64,000 nucleotides of DNA from Candidatus Woesearchaeota archaeon (GCA_964355135.1 CAYHCG010000001.1:18138-82137); one strand, 5' to 3'; numbered from the stretch's first letter, positions 16,716 through 27,378 are shown. Numbers and translations: made by a program. The notes: generated by a model from the letters alone, not told the origin.

Positions 16716-17836
16716 TGAGAAGATTAACTATTCCAGGTAGAAAAGACTGGCAAGAAAGAGTTTCTTCACAAGGTCTAACCTTTCACAGTAGAACTGCTCC
16801 GTATTGGAATGAAGAAGCATGCTATGTTTTTACAGAGGATCAGATAACCGAGTTAGAGAAAGCTGCAAATAGTGTTCATGAATTATACTTGCAGGGGGCT
16901 CAACACGTTATCGATAATGGCCTATTTGATAGGTTAGCAATTGATAGCGAGGTTGCTGAACTGGTATTTGATTCCTGGAAGAAAAGTGAGCAACACTTGT
17001 ATGGAAGGTTTGATTTTGCATATGATGGGACCTCTCCTCCAAAATTATTAGAATACAATGCAGACACTCCTACAAGTTTATTAGAGGCATCTGTAATACA
17101 ATGGTTCTGGTTGCAAGATCTCATGCCTACAAGAGATCAGTTTAATAGTTTGCACGAGAAATTAATTGATAGATGGAAAACTCTAGGACTTAGTAGCAGA
17201 AAGATATATTTTACAACGGTTGGAGATAATGAAGAAGATACAATGACTGCATCTTACTTGCAAGACACTGCAGCCCAGGCTGGTTTTTACACTGATTTTA
17301 TAGAAATTGGAGATATTGGCTATAACTCGGAGAGGAAAGAATTTGTAGATCCAAAAGAAAAGAACATAGAAACATTGTTTAAGCTTTATCCTTGGGAATG
17401 GATTGTAAATGAAGAGTTTAGCGACCACATCATGACTGCTAAAACAAGATTTGTTGAACCTGCATGGAAAATGCTTTGGAGTAATAAAGGAATGTTGCCA
17501 ATTTTGTATGAACTGGCACCAAATCATCCAAATATTCTTCCTGCATATACTACGAGCAAACCTTTAGATAATTGCTGGATTAGAAAACCATTACTTAGCA
17601 GAGAAGGAGCAAATATGAGTGTGCGTAATGGTAGCGAACGCTTTGAAACAGGGGGAGAATATGGAGAAGAAGGTTATGTTTATCAGAAATATCTTTCTCC
17701 AAAATCTTTTGATGGTAATTATCCCGTTCTAGGATTGTGGATGATCGGAGATGAAGCTTGTGGAATGGGAATAAGAGAAAGTGCTAGCAAGATTACTGAT
17801 AACTTGAGTAGGTTTACTCCACACATAATTGAGTGA
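16715..17836 (+). CDS. glutathionylspermidine synthase-like ATP-grasp ligase (YgiC/YjfC family)
   Basis: RFDFAYDG..PKLLEYNADTPTSLLEASVIQWFW and later REGANM/GEEGYVYQ blocks. The start overlaps the upstream stop (TAATG) and follows GGAGGA. Confidence 0.85.
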   Translation: MRRLTIPGRKDWQERVSSQGLTFHSRTAPYWNEEACYVFTEDQITELEKAANSVHELYLQGAQHVIDNGLFDRLAIDSEVAELVFDSWKKSEQHLYGRFDFAYDGTSPPKLLEYNADTPTSLLEASVIQWFWLQDLMPTRDQFNSLHEKLIDRWKTLGLSSRKIYFTTVGDNEEDTMTASYLQDTAAQAGFYTDFIEIGDIGYNSERKEFVDPKEKNIETLFKLYPWEWIVNEEFSDHIMTAKTRFVEPAWKMLWSNKGMLPILYELAPNHPNILPAYTTSKPLDNCWIRKPLLSREGANMSVRNGSERFETGGEYGEEGYVYQKYLSPKSFDGNYPVLGLWMIGDEACGMGIRESASKITDNLSRFTPHIIE

Positions 17837-17884
17837 AAAGGGAAAAATAGGATGTTTTAAAAAGGGTACTTAATTGGGAATTTT

Positions 17885-18231
17885 ATGAGTTTGCACTATA
17901 AAGCAGGTAAAAAAACTATGGAAAGTCAATTAGCTAGGCAGGGATATAATATTGTAGCTGGCAGTGCTATCATGAAGGCTACTGGAAACAAGGCTTTAAT
18001 ATCTAATGGGTTGTACGTTGGTTAGAATCAAGACTTTGTAGTTGTGTAACTGGAAATTATGGTTTGCCTGTGGGCAGGGTGCTTGATCGTGATGAAACAG
18101 AGAGCGGAAATTATAATGCACCCACTATTAGAGTTCTAAGAGCTCCCAATTCCAAAGAAACTAGTAGATTTGTAAGAGCAGCTGCACGTTGCGGCGGTAT
18201 GAATGGCGCAAGATTTGATTTAAGAAATTAA
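17885..18231 (+). pseudogene. possible decayed gene or small ORFs downstream of the ATP-grasp gene
   Basis: A 46-codon ORF (MSLHYKAGKKTMESQLARQGYNIVAGSAIMKATGNKALISNGLYVG*) ends at TAG. Coding-like sequence continues in another frame (..GLPVGRVLDRDETESGNYNAPTIRVLRAPNSKETSRFVRAAARCGGMNGARFDLRN*) without an ATG. Confidence 0.25.
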
Positions 18232-18530
18232 ACCTCTCCTTTACTAGGAGTTATTTTGATCTCACATTTAACTTCTATATGTGGAACTACTTTATATCCT
18301 TCTGCTTCGCCTACTTGATCTCTAAAATCTTCTGCATTTATTTGAGAGTTTAAGGTATCGTATTGCTCTTTAGACAAGGGAACATCGTAGATAAGAGGTC
18401 TTTCTTGTCCATAGATACTACCATTATCCACGATTATTCTAGCAAAATATTCCTCTTTGTGTAGACTTGCATCTGGTGATTGAACATGGATTAATGAAGC
18501 TTTTCCCTCCAGGGTTAATTCAACGGACAT
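18228..18530 (-). CDS. hypothetical protein
   Basis: Clean 100-aa ORF downstream of aEF-2. No recognised motif. Confidence 0.45.
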   Translation of the reverse strand: MSVELTLEGKASLIHVQSPDASLHKEEYFARIIVDNGSIYGQERPLIYDVPLSKEQYDTLNSQINAEDFRDQVGEAEGYKVVPHIEVKCEIKITPSKGEV

Positions 18531-18591
18531 AAAATAAGTAATTAGTTGTTATTTTTAAGTATTGTTATATCAAAAGATGCGGGCATAAAAT

Positions 18592-20781
18592 TTACTGATT
18601 TTCGCTTAAGCCTTTTCGCTGTCTTATCTTCTTTATAACTTGAGCTTGCAGTTCTGTAGGGCTTCTTTGGAATTCCTGATCTGCCAAAGAGGATACGCCT
18701 CTTCCTTCTGTTGAAGAGCGAAGGTCATTGCTCCATCCGATCATTTCAGCTACTGGGATTTTTGCTTTAACAATAATGGCGTTTCCTTCCTGTTGAACAT
18801 CAATTAAGACTCCTCTTTTGCTTCCAACTAATGAAGTTACGGTTCCCATGAAATCAAGTGGAGCTTCAATAAGATGAGTCTGAACTGGTTCCAGCAGTGT
18901 TGCTCCTGCTTGTTTCATGCATTCGAACATACCTAGACGAACTGCTGGATAGATCTGTGCAGGTCCACGATGCATGTGGTCAACGTGTAATTTACAATCG
19001 TGAAGTATAATCTTTGTTTTCATCATTGGTTCTTTTGCTAAAGGTCCGCCATTAATAACCAATTTCCATCCATCCATGATAGAGTCTATTACTTCAGGAA
19101 GTAATACAATTCCACGTGTTCGGTCTTCGAAGACGTTTCCTTTGTATATTTCCTTGTATTGTCTTGCTTCTTCATTACTGATTCCTAATGTGCCTAGTTT
19201 TTCCCAGGTTGTTTCTGCTCTTTTCTTTAATCTTTCTTCAGGCAAGTCTCCCTTTTCTATAGCATTGTAAACTTCGTCTTCTAAAGGTTCCATGCTTAAG
19301 AAAAGAATGTTGTGACCATTTGGAGTTCTAGTGTCCACAACTTTACCTTGTTTTGAGACTGTCTCACGATAGACTACAATTGGCGAACCTGTTTTTACTT
19401 CTAGGCCCTTTTCGTTCTTTATTCTCCCTTCTATAATTTCTAAGTGTAATTCTCCCATTCCTGAAAGCAGGTTTTCTCCTGTTTCTTCATTGATTTCAAT
19501 TTTAATGCTAGGGTCTTCTTTGCCAACTCTTCTTAAGACTTCGATTAATTTTGGCAAGTCTGCTGAACGGACTACTTCAATAGACTTAGTGATAACTGGT
19601 TGGAAGATGTGCTTTATTTCTTCAAATGGAGTTTGTTCGTTAACTGTTACTGTTTCCCCTACATCTACATTAAGACCGGAGATTGCTAGTACATTTCCAC
19701 AGGGAACGCTTTCTAATTGTTCAGGTTTGATACCGTTGTAAACTAAGACTTGTTGAATCCTTCCTTTCTTCTTTGCCATGTTACAGTAGACTTCCATACC
19801 ATTTCTGATTGTTCCGGAGTATAATCTTCCTGCTGAGATTTCCTTTCCTGATTTAGGATCTACGACTATTTTAGTTATTACGAAGGCAACTTCTCCATCA
19901 CGATTACAATTTACTAGATCTTGCCCAAACTTGCTCTCTGGCTCTCCTCTCCAGATCTTTGGAATTCTGTATTTTTGAGCTTGTACTGGATTAGGCAAGT
20001 GCTTTACAGCCATATCTAGAACTACTTCGAACAGTGGGGCGTTTTTCCATACCCATTCCTTTTTTTCCTCTTCTTCCATTTCATATAATTTGTAAACATC
20101 CTTAAAACTTACTCCTTTTTTCTTCATGAAAGGAATAGATAATGCCCAGTTTTCCCTGGCTGAACCGAAGGCAACGCTGCCATCTTCTACGTTGACTTTC
20201 CATTTCTCATAGTATTCTGGCTCTGCAATCTGCATCATAAGATTATTGAATTCTGTAATTAATTTCACAAAACGTTGCTGCATCTGTTCTGGGCCGAGTT
20301 TTAATTCCTTTATTAAACGGTCTACTTTATTGATAAATAAGACTGGCTTTACTCTTTCTCTTAGGGCTTGCTTAAGAACTGTTTCTGTTTGAGGCATTAT
20401 TCCCTCTACTGCGCAGATAAGGACGAAAGTTCCGTCAATTGCCCTCATTGCTCTTGTGACGTTTCCACCGAAGTCCACGTGGCCTGGAGTGTCAATTAGA
20501 TTGATTAGATATTCTTCTCCTGCATACGAGTGAGCCATGCTGACGTTTGCTGCGTCAACAGTCATTAATCTTTCTTGTTCGTCTGCATGTTGCCAGGTAG
20601 TCATTCCTTCTTCTAGGTCTCCTGCGTTCTTAGAAGCCATCATTCCTGCTGCTGCTAGAAGATTATCAGTAAATGCTGTTTTACCGTGGTGGATGTGCGC
20701 GCTGGTTGCTACGTTTCTTATGGTCTCTCGTTTAGAGGTTAATCTTTCAATCTTGCTTAAATTGCTTTCTTTTTCTACCAT
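18592..20781 (-). CDS. fusA: archaeal translation elongation factor 2 (aEF-2)
   Basis: G1 motif AHIHHGKTAFTDNLL, DTPGHVDF and NKVDR. Domain IV loop VDHMHRGPAQ is the diphthamide His region. Length is typical for aEF-2. Confidence 0.95.
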   Translation of the reverse strand: MVEKESNLSKIERLTSKRETIRNVATSAHIHHGKTAFTDNLLAAAGMMASKNAGDLEEGMTTWQHADEQERLMTVDAANVSMAHSYAGEEYLINLIDTPGHVDFGGNVTRAMRAIDGTFVLICAVEGIMPQTETVLKQALRERVKPVLFINKVDRLIKELKLGPEQMQQRFVKLITEFNNLMMQIAEPEYYEKWKVNVEDGSVAFGSARENWALSIPFMKKKGVSFKDVYKLYEMEEEEKKEWVWKNAPLFEVVLDMAVKHLPNPVQAQKYRIPKIWRGEPESKFGQDLVNCNRDGEVAFVITKIVVDPKSGKEISAGRLYSGTIRNGMEVYCNMAKKKGRIQQVLVYNGIKPEQLESVPCGNVLAISGLNVDVGETVTVNEQTPFEEIKHIFQPVITKSIEVVRSADLPKLIEVLRRVGKEDPSIKIEINEETGENLLSGMGELHLEIIEGRIKNEKGLEVKTGSPIVVYRETVSKQGKVVDTRTPNGHNILFLSMEPLEDEVYNAIEKGDLPEERLKKRAETTWEKLGTLGISNEEARQYKEIYKGNVFEDRTRGIVLLPEVIDSIMDGWKLVINGGPLAKEPMMKTKIILHDCKLHVDHMHRGPAQIYPAVRLGMFECMKQAGATLLEPVQTHLIEAPLDFMGTVTSLVGSKRGVLIDVQQEGNAIIVKAKIPVAEMIGWSNDLRSSTEGRGVSSLADQEFQRSPTELQAQVIKKIRQRKGLSENQ

Positions 20782-20853
20782 TATGTTTAAACTTCTAAAA
20801 TTATTTAGAATATTTTGTGATATTGAAGAAGGTTTTTAAAGCTTTGGGCAAAA

Positions 20854-21747
20854 TTATAATATGCCCAGAGCGACAACTTGCTCTTTTGGTTTTATTTTTA
20901 CAGAGTCGGTAAGGCTCAATACAATTGCTTTGTCTTGTGAATACAATGTCTCTATTACCTTGGGATGATCTATTATTTGAGCTAGTGGGTATCCCTTTTC
21001 TACTATTTTTCCTGGGAGAGTTAAGAATTTGACAAATCCTTCTTTAGAAGCAAGAGGCCCTAGAGAATATTTTAATAATTTTCCTCTGACTTCTGGGCGA
21101 ATATTCATTTCCGTCTTATGTTTTAGCATGCTTAGAGAACTAAGGAAATTTAATAGGAGTTTTACACCTTCATCAACACGTTCTAATTCGATAACTAGGG
21201 AAGGGATGTTATTTTTTAGCAGTTGAAAAGATAAAGAGTTTTCTAGGTTATCAGTATCCAGGACAAATGGAATTGTTAAGCTTTTACCGAATTGAATTGT
21301 TTTATTATATATTTTTTCTGCTGTATCCTTCTGTTTAGGATCAATTAATGCATAATGAATTGATTTTTTCCAGTCATTGTGTAAGTCTAGAACTAAGTCA
21401 GGTTTGATTTGCACTATCTTAGTGAAAATTTTATAGGCGATTTTTTGCGTTAAGTTTCCTTTTTCTTTTCCTGGAAAGGAATCGTTAAGATCGATTTTAT
21501 TAAAAAGGCGAGAATTTTGCTTAAATCCTATAGGATTAAGCAAGGGAAAGACGTAAATTTCCCCATTATTAAGATTATTTTCTAATGCCTTTAAGAGTTG
21601 TTTTGCTACAGCATTACTTCCTTTTTCATCTCCATGCATACATGCGGTTAAAAGAATTTTTGGGCCTTCCTTAGATGTTTTTAATGATATTAATGGGATT
21701 TCTACGTTATCTATCCTTAGCGGGTAAGAATCTTTTACTGTTTTCAT
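20854..21747 (-). CDS. succinylglutamate desuccinylase/aspartoacylase (AstE/AspA, M14-like) family protein
   Basis: ILLTACMHGDEKGS zinc-ligand motif and the DLNDSFPGK motif. Confidence 0.7.
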   Translation of the reverse strand: MKTVKDSYPLRIDNVEIPLISLKTSKEGPKILLTACMHGDEKGSNAVAKQLLKALENNLNNGEIYVFPLLNPIGFKQNSRLFNKIDLNDSFPGKEKGNLTQKIAYKIFTKIVQIKPDLVLDLHNDWKKSIHYALIDPKQKDTAEKIYNKTIQFGKSLTIPFVLDTDNLENSLSFQLLKNNIPSLVIELERVDEGVKLLLNFLSSLSMLKHKTEMNIRPEVRGKLLKYSLGPLASKEGFVKFLTLPGKIVEKGYPLAQIIDHPKVIETLYSQDKAIVLSLTDSVKIKPKEQVVALGIL

Positions 21748-21847
21748 CTATAGAATAATTTCTTTTGATATATAAACTGTACTTTTCTTGACGGAGTGAA
21801 AGTGGTAGCATACTATTAAATATATTTTATCTCCGTGAGTTATTCTG

Positions 21848-22399
21848 ATGTTATTACTAAATGGAAATATCCCTCATGCACGGGTAAGAGGTGAGAAAGT
21901 GGCCTTTGGGGCGACTGTAAGCGCCGATGTCGTAACAGGAGGCAACTACGGTGGCTATGATGCTGAATTTTTTTCTCAAACATATGAAACCACTTTTAGG
22001 GGCGTAACTTATAGGGTAGGAAAAGTAGAGTCGCGGCAGACCATCTATAAGCAAGCAAGTATTTTGGATAGAATGGTAGGTGAAGGGAAATTTATTTTTT
22101 CAAGGAAAATGGCTAGTGATAGATACCATGTAAATATCAGTGGGGAAGAAACTATCAATATGGATTATAGTATAGAGAGAAGAGCGGAAATAAAGAGGGG
22201 GAAGAGACATTCTACCGATGTTAGAGAAGGCACACTAAGCGCTAAAGAATTTTATGATCTTGTAGATAAACATGATGGAGTTATACCTGCTAATAAAATG
22301 AAAGAATTCTTGGTTAACTCTTCAGATAGAACGAGGAAAATGCCTTTAACGCCAGATAGAAAGTTGCCTAAAACTAGAAACTTTGTTCTATCAGCTTAA
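21848..22399 (+). CDS. hypothetical protein
   Basis: Clean ORF, less AT-rich than its flanks. No recognised motif. Confidence 0.45.
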   Translation: MLLLNGNIPHARVRGEKVAFGATVSADVVTGGNYGGYDAEFFSQTYETTFRGVTYRVGKVESRQTIYKQASILDRMVGEGKFIFSRKMASDRYHVNISGEETINMDYSIERRAEIKRGKRHSTDVREGTLSAKEFYDLVDKHDGVIPANKMKEFLVNSSDRTRKMPLTPDRKLPKTRNFVLSA

Positions 22400-22443
22400 A
22401 TTATTTAGATAACTAATTCTAACTTGCTTGAGAACTCTACTAT

Positions 22444-23103
22444 TTAACCTGTAGGAAGGCAAGCTTGTTTGATAGCAGTCATGTCAACTATAATGCTCTT
22501 TGCTAGAGTATTGATGGCTTTGACTTCTACCCTGATTGTCGCACTATCTTTACTTTGGATTGCACTTTCTAATAGTTCAATATGCGTATCCATCTGTGTT
22601 AATTGACTTTGAACTCTTTCTATTTTGGTGGCTTCACTGGTACAGGTTCTTTCTAATACTTCTAGAAGGAACTTGACTTTTTCCTCAAATTCTTGTGCTT
22701 TTTCCAATGTTTTCTGAGCTACATTCATGAGAGCCATTCTCATATTGTTTCTTATAATGTCTTTATTGTCTATCAAGTACTGAAGTATTTCTGTATTTAA
22801 GTTTCTTAATTCTACTATTGTTGTAGTGTTTTCTACTTCTGCTTTGTAATTTGTCAGATGATCCTGCATAGAAGTTAGATTAGTGAGTATATTTTCCTTT
22901 GTCGCATCGTCCAATTTTGGATTGCCGCTGATTGTTTCTTTAGCATTTTCAAGTCTGCTTATTGAATTATCCAGCATTGTTAGTGTTCTTTGCTTTAAGT
23001 TATCATAGTCGCCTGCTTGTGCAGATACTAAAAATAGGGATGCTACTACCAAGATAGATAATAGTGTAGAAAATGCAATCTTTTTATAAGTCTGGGTTTT
23101 CAT
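22444..23103 (-). CDS. secreted coiled-coil protein
   Basis: Signal peptide (..FLVSAQA) then a heptad-like helical region. GGAGG lies 6 nt upstream. Overlaps the end of the upstream ORF by 20 nt. Confidence 0.5.
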   Translation of the reverse strand: MKTQTYKKIAFSTLLSILVVASLFLVSAQAGDYDNLKQRTLTMLDNSISRLENAKETISGNPKLDDATKENILTNLTSMQDHLTNYKAEVENTTTIVELRNLNTEILQYLIDNKDIIRNNMRMALMNVAQKTLEKAQEFEEKVKFLLEVLERTCTSEATKIERVQSQLTQMDTHIELLESAIQSKDSATIRVEVKAINTLAKSIIVDMTAIKQACLPTG

Positions 23104-23362
23104 TTAATCCTCCCATTGAGTTTTCGTAAGCAGTCATTTCGCTTCCTAAAGAACTTAATTCATTAAAATCTTCTGTAGTTGGGCCATTTGCAGAATTTCC
23201 ATTGTTTGTATTAGAATCGTCTGTTGCGTCTGTTGTATCTGCTCCGTCTCCTGCAGCGTTATCTGAAGAGTCAGAGTCATCAGAATTTTTTCTGGCGAAT
23301 CCAAATACTAATATTAGAGCTAAAATAGCGGCAATAATAATATAGACATATGCCTTTTTCAT
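23084..23362 (-). CDS. small membrane-anchored acidic protein
   Basis: One N-terminal TM helix followed by a D/S/N/T-rich tail. Confidence 0.4.
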   Translation of the reverse strand: MKKAYVYIIIAAILALILVFGFARKNSDDSDSSDNAAGDGADTTDATDDSNTNNGNSANGPTTEDFNELSSLGSEMTAYENSMGGLNENPDL

Positions 23363-23425
23363 GTTTAGATAAGAAATTATACGTTTAAAAACGTTTCGAA
23401 TTAGATTTTCTAGAACTTTCGGAAA

Positions 23426-23827
23426 TTAATCTAAGCTTATTAGGCCTGTAACATATTCCCAATCAGTACGTGGATATTCTTCAGCAACATCCCATAACTT
23501 CTTAATACTTACTTGAGATGGATCTACTTTTTCCCCTTCTTTCCTGCCTTTATACATTAATTTTCTAGATACATCGGCTTCAATGACCTCTGCTGAGAGA
23601 GTGGGATTTTTCATTTGAATTCCTCCTCTTACATAATCTGTCAATTCGCTTTTCAATACTGGCATATCTCCGATAGCTTGATTATACATTGTTCTGGCAA
23701 AGTCAATCGGACCAAGATTCAAAACCCCGAGTAACCCAAAGCCGGCAACTGCTCCATAGATAGAATTAACGATGCGACTTGCCTGTCGACCTCTTATTAT
23801 TCCGTCTATATGAATTTCATGTTCCAT
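23426..23827 (-). CDS. hypothetical protein
   Basis: Clean ORF. No recognised motif. Confidence 0.45.
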   Translation of the reverse strand: MEHEIHIDGIIRGRQASRIVNSIYGAVAGFGLLGVLNLGPIDFARTMYNQAIGDMPVLKSELTDYVRGGIQMKNPTLSAEVIEADVSRKLMYKGRKEGEKVDPSQVSIKKLWDVAEEYPRTDWEYVTGLISLD

Positions 23828-23940
23828 ATCGATAAGCCTTTACTTCAATATTTAAATCTTTCTATTTGTTACTACTTTATAAATACATTATATCTAAACA
23901 TTAGGTAAAGAGTTAAAAAGACTCAATTTTTGTTATTTGT

Positions 23941-24774
23941 ATGGTCGTTAGAGCAGCAATATTTTTGAATCCGAACTCAGGCAGCATGAGCTGGGAGCAA
24001 AAACTCAAGAGAGCAAAGGTTGCTGCAAAGAGACTTGAGGGACTTTTTAATAATGTTGTAGTAGACAAAATCTTTGATAATATGACTAGCTCAAGGCAGG
24101 AATTTTGTGATCAACTTAGAGAAGAGTCAAAAGGGAGAGGCATTGTTGTAGCAGGTGGAGGGGACGGAACCTTTGGGGACGCCCTAAATTATGCAGATGC
24201 GAGATGCATGCTGGGATATATCCCTTTGGGCTCGGGAAACAATATTCAAACCGCTATGTTTTTACACAGATTAAGAGCAAATCTTCCTGTAGTTTACACT
24301 GATTTAATAGTAGACGAAGCAGATGGAAAAAAGAGCTTATTTTGTGGGGCAGGGGCGGACGGATATTTCATGAATCAAAGCGATATGTACAGGAAAAAGG
24401 GGTTAAGAGGAAACTTGAGATATGTTCCTAGTTTATTTGATACTGCAAGATTTAGAGGAGTGGATATGGAGGTTGATATTGGAGGAGTAAAAGCTGAGCA
24501 TAAATCTGCAAGGATGGTCTATATCGCTAAGTATCCGGTTATAGCAAAGTGTGTTCCTCTGTTGCCTGGGGCTAACTTTGATGATGGGCAATTACATTGC
24601 AAAGTCCTTAATCACTGGTATATCCCAGGGAAAAAGCGAAGTGGGGATGAAATAAAAGTGCAATTTGCTGAACCAGTATATGTAGAGAGAGATGGAGAAG
24701 TTGCAGGAAAGAGAACTTCTCTACATGTACATATTGAAAAGAAAGCTAGAAGGTTATTAACTGCGAGATTGTAA
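23941..24774 (+). CDS. diacylglycerol/lipid kinase family protein (YegS/LCB5-like)
   Basis: VVAGGGDGTFGDALN and IPLGSGNN motifs of the DAGK catalytic domain. Confidence 0.8.
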   Translation: MVVRAAIFLNPNSGSMSWEQKLKRAKVAAKRLEGLFNNVVVDKIFDNMTSSRQEFCDQLREESKGRGIVVAGGGDGTFGDALNYADARCMLGYIPLGSGNNIQTAMFLHRLRANLPVVYTDLIVDEADGKKSLFCGAGADGYFMNQSDMYRKKGLRGNLRYVPSLFDTARFRGVDMEVDIGGVKAEHKSARMVYIAKYPVIAKCVPLLPGANFDDGQLHCKVLNHWYIPGKKRSGDEIKVQFAEPVYVERDGEVAGKRTSLHVHIEKKARRLLTARL

Positions 24775-24777
24775 ACT

Positions 24778-27279
24778 TTAGAAAGCTTCTGTCTTTAATG
24801 TTGCAGCTTTATCTGTACGTTCCCAGGTGAATTCTGCTTCATCCCTTCCGAAATGTCCGTATGTTGCAGTTTTGCGGAAAATTGGACGCTTTAGTCTCAG
24901 AGTTTCAATCATTCCTTTAGGAGTCATGTCAAAATTCTTGTAAACAAGAAGAGCTATTTTTTCTTCAGGTATTTTATTTGTTCCGAAACAATTGACATTT
25001 ACAGAAGTAGGTTTTGCGACTCCAATTGCATAACTTAACTGTATTTCGCATTTATCTGCTAAATCTGCTGCTACTATGTTTTTTGCAATGTATCTTGCCA
25101 TGTACGCGCCAGATCGATCTACTTTACTTGGATCTTTGCCGGAATTATGACAAACAAATCCATTTGCAGTAAATGTATGTGAAAATGGTACATTTAGATC
25201 ATAAGTATGCGCAAATGAAGGGATTTTATTCTGGAGTTTGGAGTAATAATGCCCCATAAAGAATAATTCTTGTAGTTGAACAAATTCTTTTTCATTTCTC
25301 AAGAATTGCTGATATGTCTCTGTGAATTGCTTTAATTTTTCGTATGTTAATTCTTTTGTAGCTTTCTCTTTACTATTTCTGGTAAAACGGGCTATTTTAC
25401 ACGTATCTAGTTTTTGTTCATTGAATGGTAACTTTTTAAATAACTCGATAATTCTGTTTCTTTGGTTTGGAATTATTCTGAAGTCTTTTTTTGTCGGAAC
25501 ATCTGTCTGCAAAAGTTTCTGTTTTCTTGAAAGCGTAAAACCTATGTCCTCTGAAAATATTTGAACGCCTTTACTACCTTTAATAGTTAGGTCATACCTA
25601 GGATGTTTTGAATTAATTTTTCTTCCTTTAATATATACATCCTTTTTACCAACTTCAACTTTTTGTATAGTTGAAACAATACCGAAATTGAGCAAAAGCA
25701 GCTGTGTTTGTTCAGCAAGTATTTTACTTGTTGTGGCTAGATGAATTCTTTTGGTATTTTTATTCCTTCCGTCCATTCTAATACTCCCATCAGTATCAAA
25801 CAATCCTCTTAAGAATGCGGCACAATTTTCTTTACCAGCATTAAAGATGGCTTTAGGAACTACTTTTTCAAAGGATTTAGCATAACCTAATCCCAAATGT
25901 TTTAAATAAGCCCTCATTTCAACTCCTCCGATATATGCCCAGTGGCCAAATACTTTGCCATCATCATTAAATAATTTATTGTATAAATTTTGAACAATAT
26001 CTTTCATCTCATTTTCACAAATGCAAAGTTTAATATTTCCTTCGTCTGTACAATCTCCGTCTCCAATCAGAAGTCCCAATAGAAAACAATAATCTTTTGT
26101 TAGTGTAGATGGGAAATTATATCTCTTTTTCCTTCCTTCGGTAGTTCCAGCCTTATAACTGTATTTGAACTCTAAAATCTTATCATTTCCAAAAAAACGA
26201 TTTTTTGTTTGAATCGGAATCCATTCTTCTGTCTGAAGTTCTTTAATTGTTTTCCAGACATAATTCCCTTCTTTGTCAATTATTCTTATGTTGTGATTCG
26301 GTGTTGCTTCAAGAGAATAACCATCGGATGTTTCAATAATTTCTGTTTCTTTTAGGCCATTGTCATACCAGTCTCCACATGGCATTGGATGTATATCTGT
26401 TTTAACTAGCAATCCTTTTTTTCCAATCTCAGAACATTCATCAATTCTAACTAAGCCTTTTTCTGTATTTACCATTGAATTGGCTCCGAGACAAAATGCG
26501 CCTCCGCCATGTCTCCCTATTCCTCCGTAAGTATCAACAATTATTTTTCTCCCTGTTACTCCTGTATCTCCTTCAGGTCCGCCAATTACAAATCTGCCAG
26601 TAGCATTAACATGAATTTTTGTGTCTTGATCAATTAAATCCGCGCAAACCGGAAGTATGACTTTTTCAATTATTTCTTTTCTTAGAACTTCTTCAGAGAC
26701 CTCTTCTTTATGCTGCTGCGCTATTACTATTGCATCAATTCTTTTTGGCACATCATTTTCATATTCTATGCTTACTTGGCTTTTTCCATCTGGTCCTAAA
26801 TTGAGAATTGCATTTGTTTTTCTTACTTCGCTTAGTTTCTTGGTTAACTTGTGAGCAAGAACAATTGGGAGAGGCATTAACTGGGGGGTTTCTGTGCAGG
26901 CAAACCCATACATCATTCCCTGATCGCCTGCGCCTTGCTCTTTATTGTTTATTTCTGAAACTCCCTGCGAGATATCTGGGCTTTGGCCATGTATTGAAAT
27001 CCAGACGCCTGCATCATCTGCGTCTATTCCAAACTTAGGATCGGTATATCCAATATCTCTCAAAGTTTGCCTCACAATTCTTTGAACATCAGAAAAACCT
27101 TTTGTTGTAACTTCTCCTGCTACATGAACAGAACCTGTGGTGACAAGAGTTTCTACTGCAACTCTTGAATTTGGGTCTTGCGAAAGAAGATCATCTAGAA
27201 TTGCATCACTTATCTGATCACAAATTTTATCAGGGTGGCCTTCTGTGACGGATTCTGACGTTAAAACATAATTTTTCAT
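24778..27279 (-). CDS. metK: S-adenosylmethionine synthetase, bacterial/eukaryotic MetK type, interrupted by an intein
   Basis: [28 protein letters not shown] and GGGAF|[14 protein letters not shown]. The last motif is split by a 450-aa insert starting with Cys and ending in HN before Ser. Confidence 0.95.
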   Translation of the reverse strand: MKNYVLTSESVTEGHPDKICDQISDAILDDLLSQDPNSRVAVETLVTTGSVHVAGEVTTKGFSDVQRIVRQTLRDIGYTDPKFGIDADDAGVWISIHGQSPDISQGVSEINNKEQGAGDQGMMYGFACTETPQLMPLPIVLAHKLTKKLSEVRKTNAILNLGPDGKSQVSIEYENDVPKRIDAIVIAQQHKEEVSEEVLRKEIIEKVILPVCADLIDQDTKIHVNATGRFVIGGPEGDTGVTGRKIIVDTYGGIGRHGGGAFCLGANSMVNTEKGLVRIDECSEIGKKGLLVKTDIHPMPCGDWYDNGLKETEIIETSDGYSLEATPNHNIRIIDKEGNYVWKTIKELQTEEWIPIQTKNRFFGNDKILEFKYSYKAGTTEGRKKRYNFPSTLTKDYCFLLGLLIGDGDCTDEGNIKLCICENEMKDIVQNLYNKLFNDDGKVFGHWAYIGGVEMRAYLKHLGLGYAKSFEKVVPKAIFNAGKENCAAFLRGLFDTDGSIRMDGRNKNTKRIHLATTSKILAEQTQLLLLNFGIVSTIQKVEVGKKDVYIKGRKINSKHPRYDLTIKGSKGVQIFSEDIGFTLSRKQKLLQTDVPTKKDFRIIPNQRNRIIELFKKLPFNEQKLDTCKIARFTRNSKEKATKELTYEKLKQFTETYQQFLRNEKEFVQLQELFFMGHYYSKLQNKIPSFAHTYDLNVPFSHTFTANGFVCHNSGKDPSKVDRSGAYMARYIAKNIVAADLADKCEIQLSYAIGVAKPTSVNVNCFGTNKIPEEKIALLVYKNFDMTPKGMIETLRLKRPIFRKTATYGHFGRDEAEFTWERTDKAATLKTEAF
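25144..26493 (-). mobile_element. MetK intein (450 aa) with LAGLIDADG homing-endonuclease domain
   Basis: Residues 263-712:
- N-terminal CLGANSMV (block A).
- TPNHNI (block B).
- LAGLIDADG motifs [11 protein letters not shown] and [12 protein letters not shown].
- C-terminal [10 protein letters not shown] followed by the +1 Ser.
- Codon positions were verified against the sequence (tgt at 26493..26491, aat at 25146..25144). Confidence 0.9.
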
Positions 27280-27378
27280 TTATCTAGGTAACTAAGGGGT
27301 TTTTTATATATTGCTATATTATATCTCAATGGAAGTTATTTTCTTAGGCTTTAAATATGGAGACTTTCATGGGATATT

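Noticed and set aside
20793-20810. Palindrome TTCTAAA-ATTA-TTTAGAA just upstream of the aEF-2 start.
   Set aside because: It coincides with the expected AT-rich TATA region, and palindromes of this size are expected by chance in such sequence.
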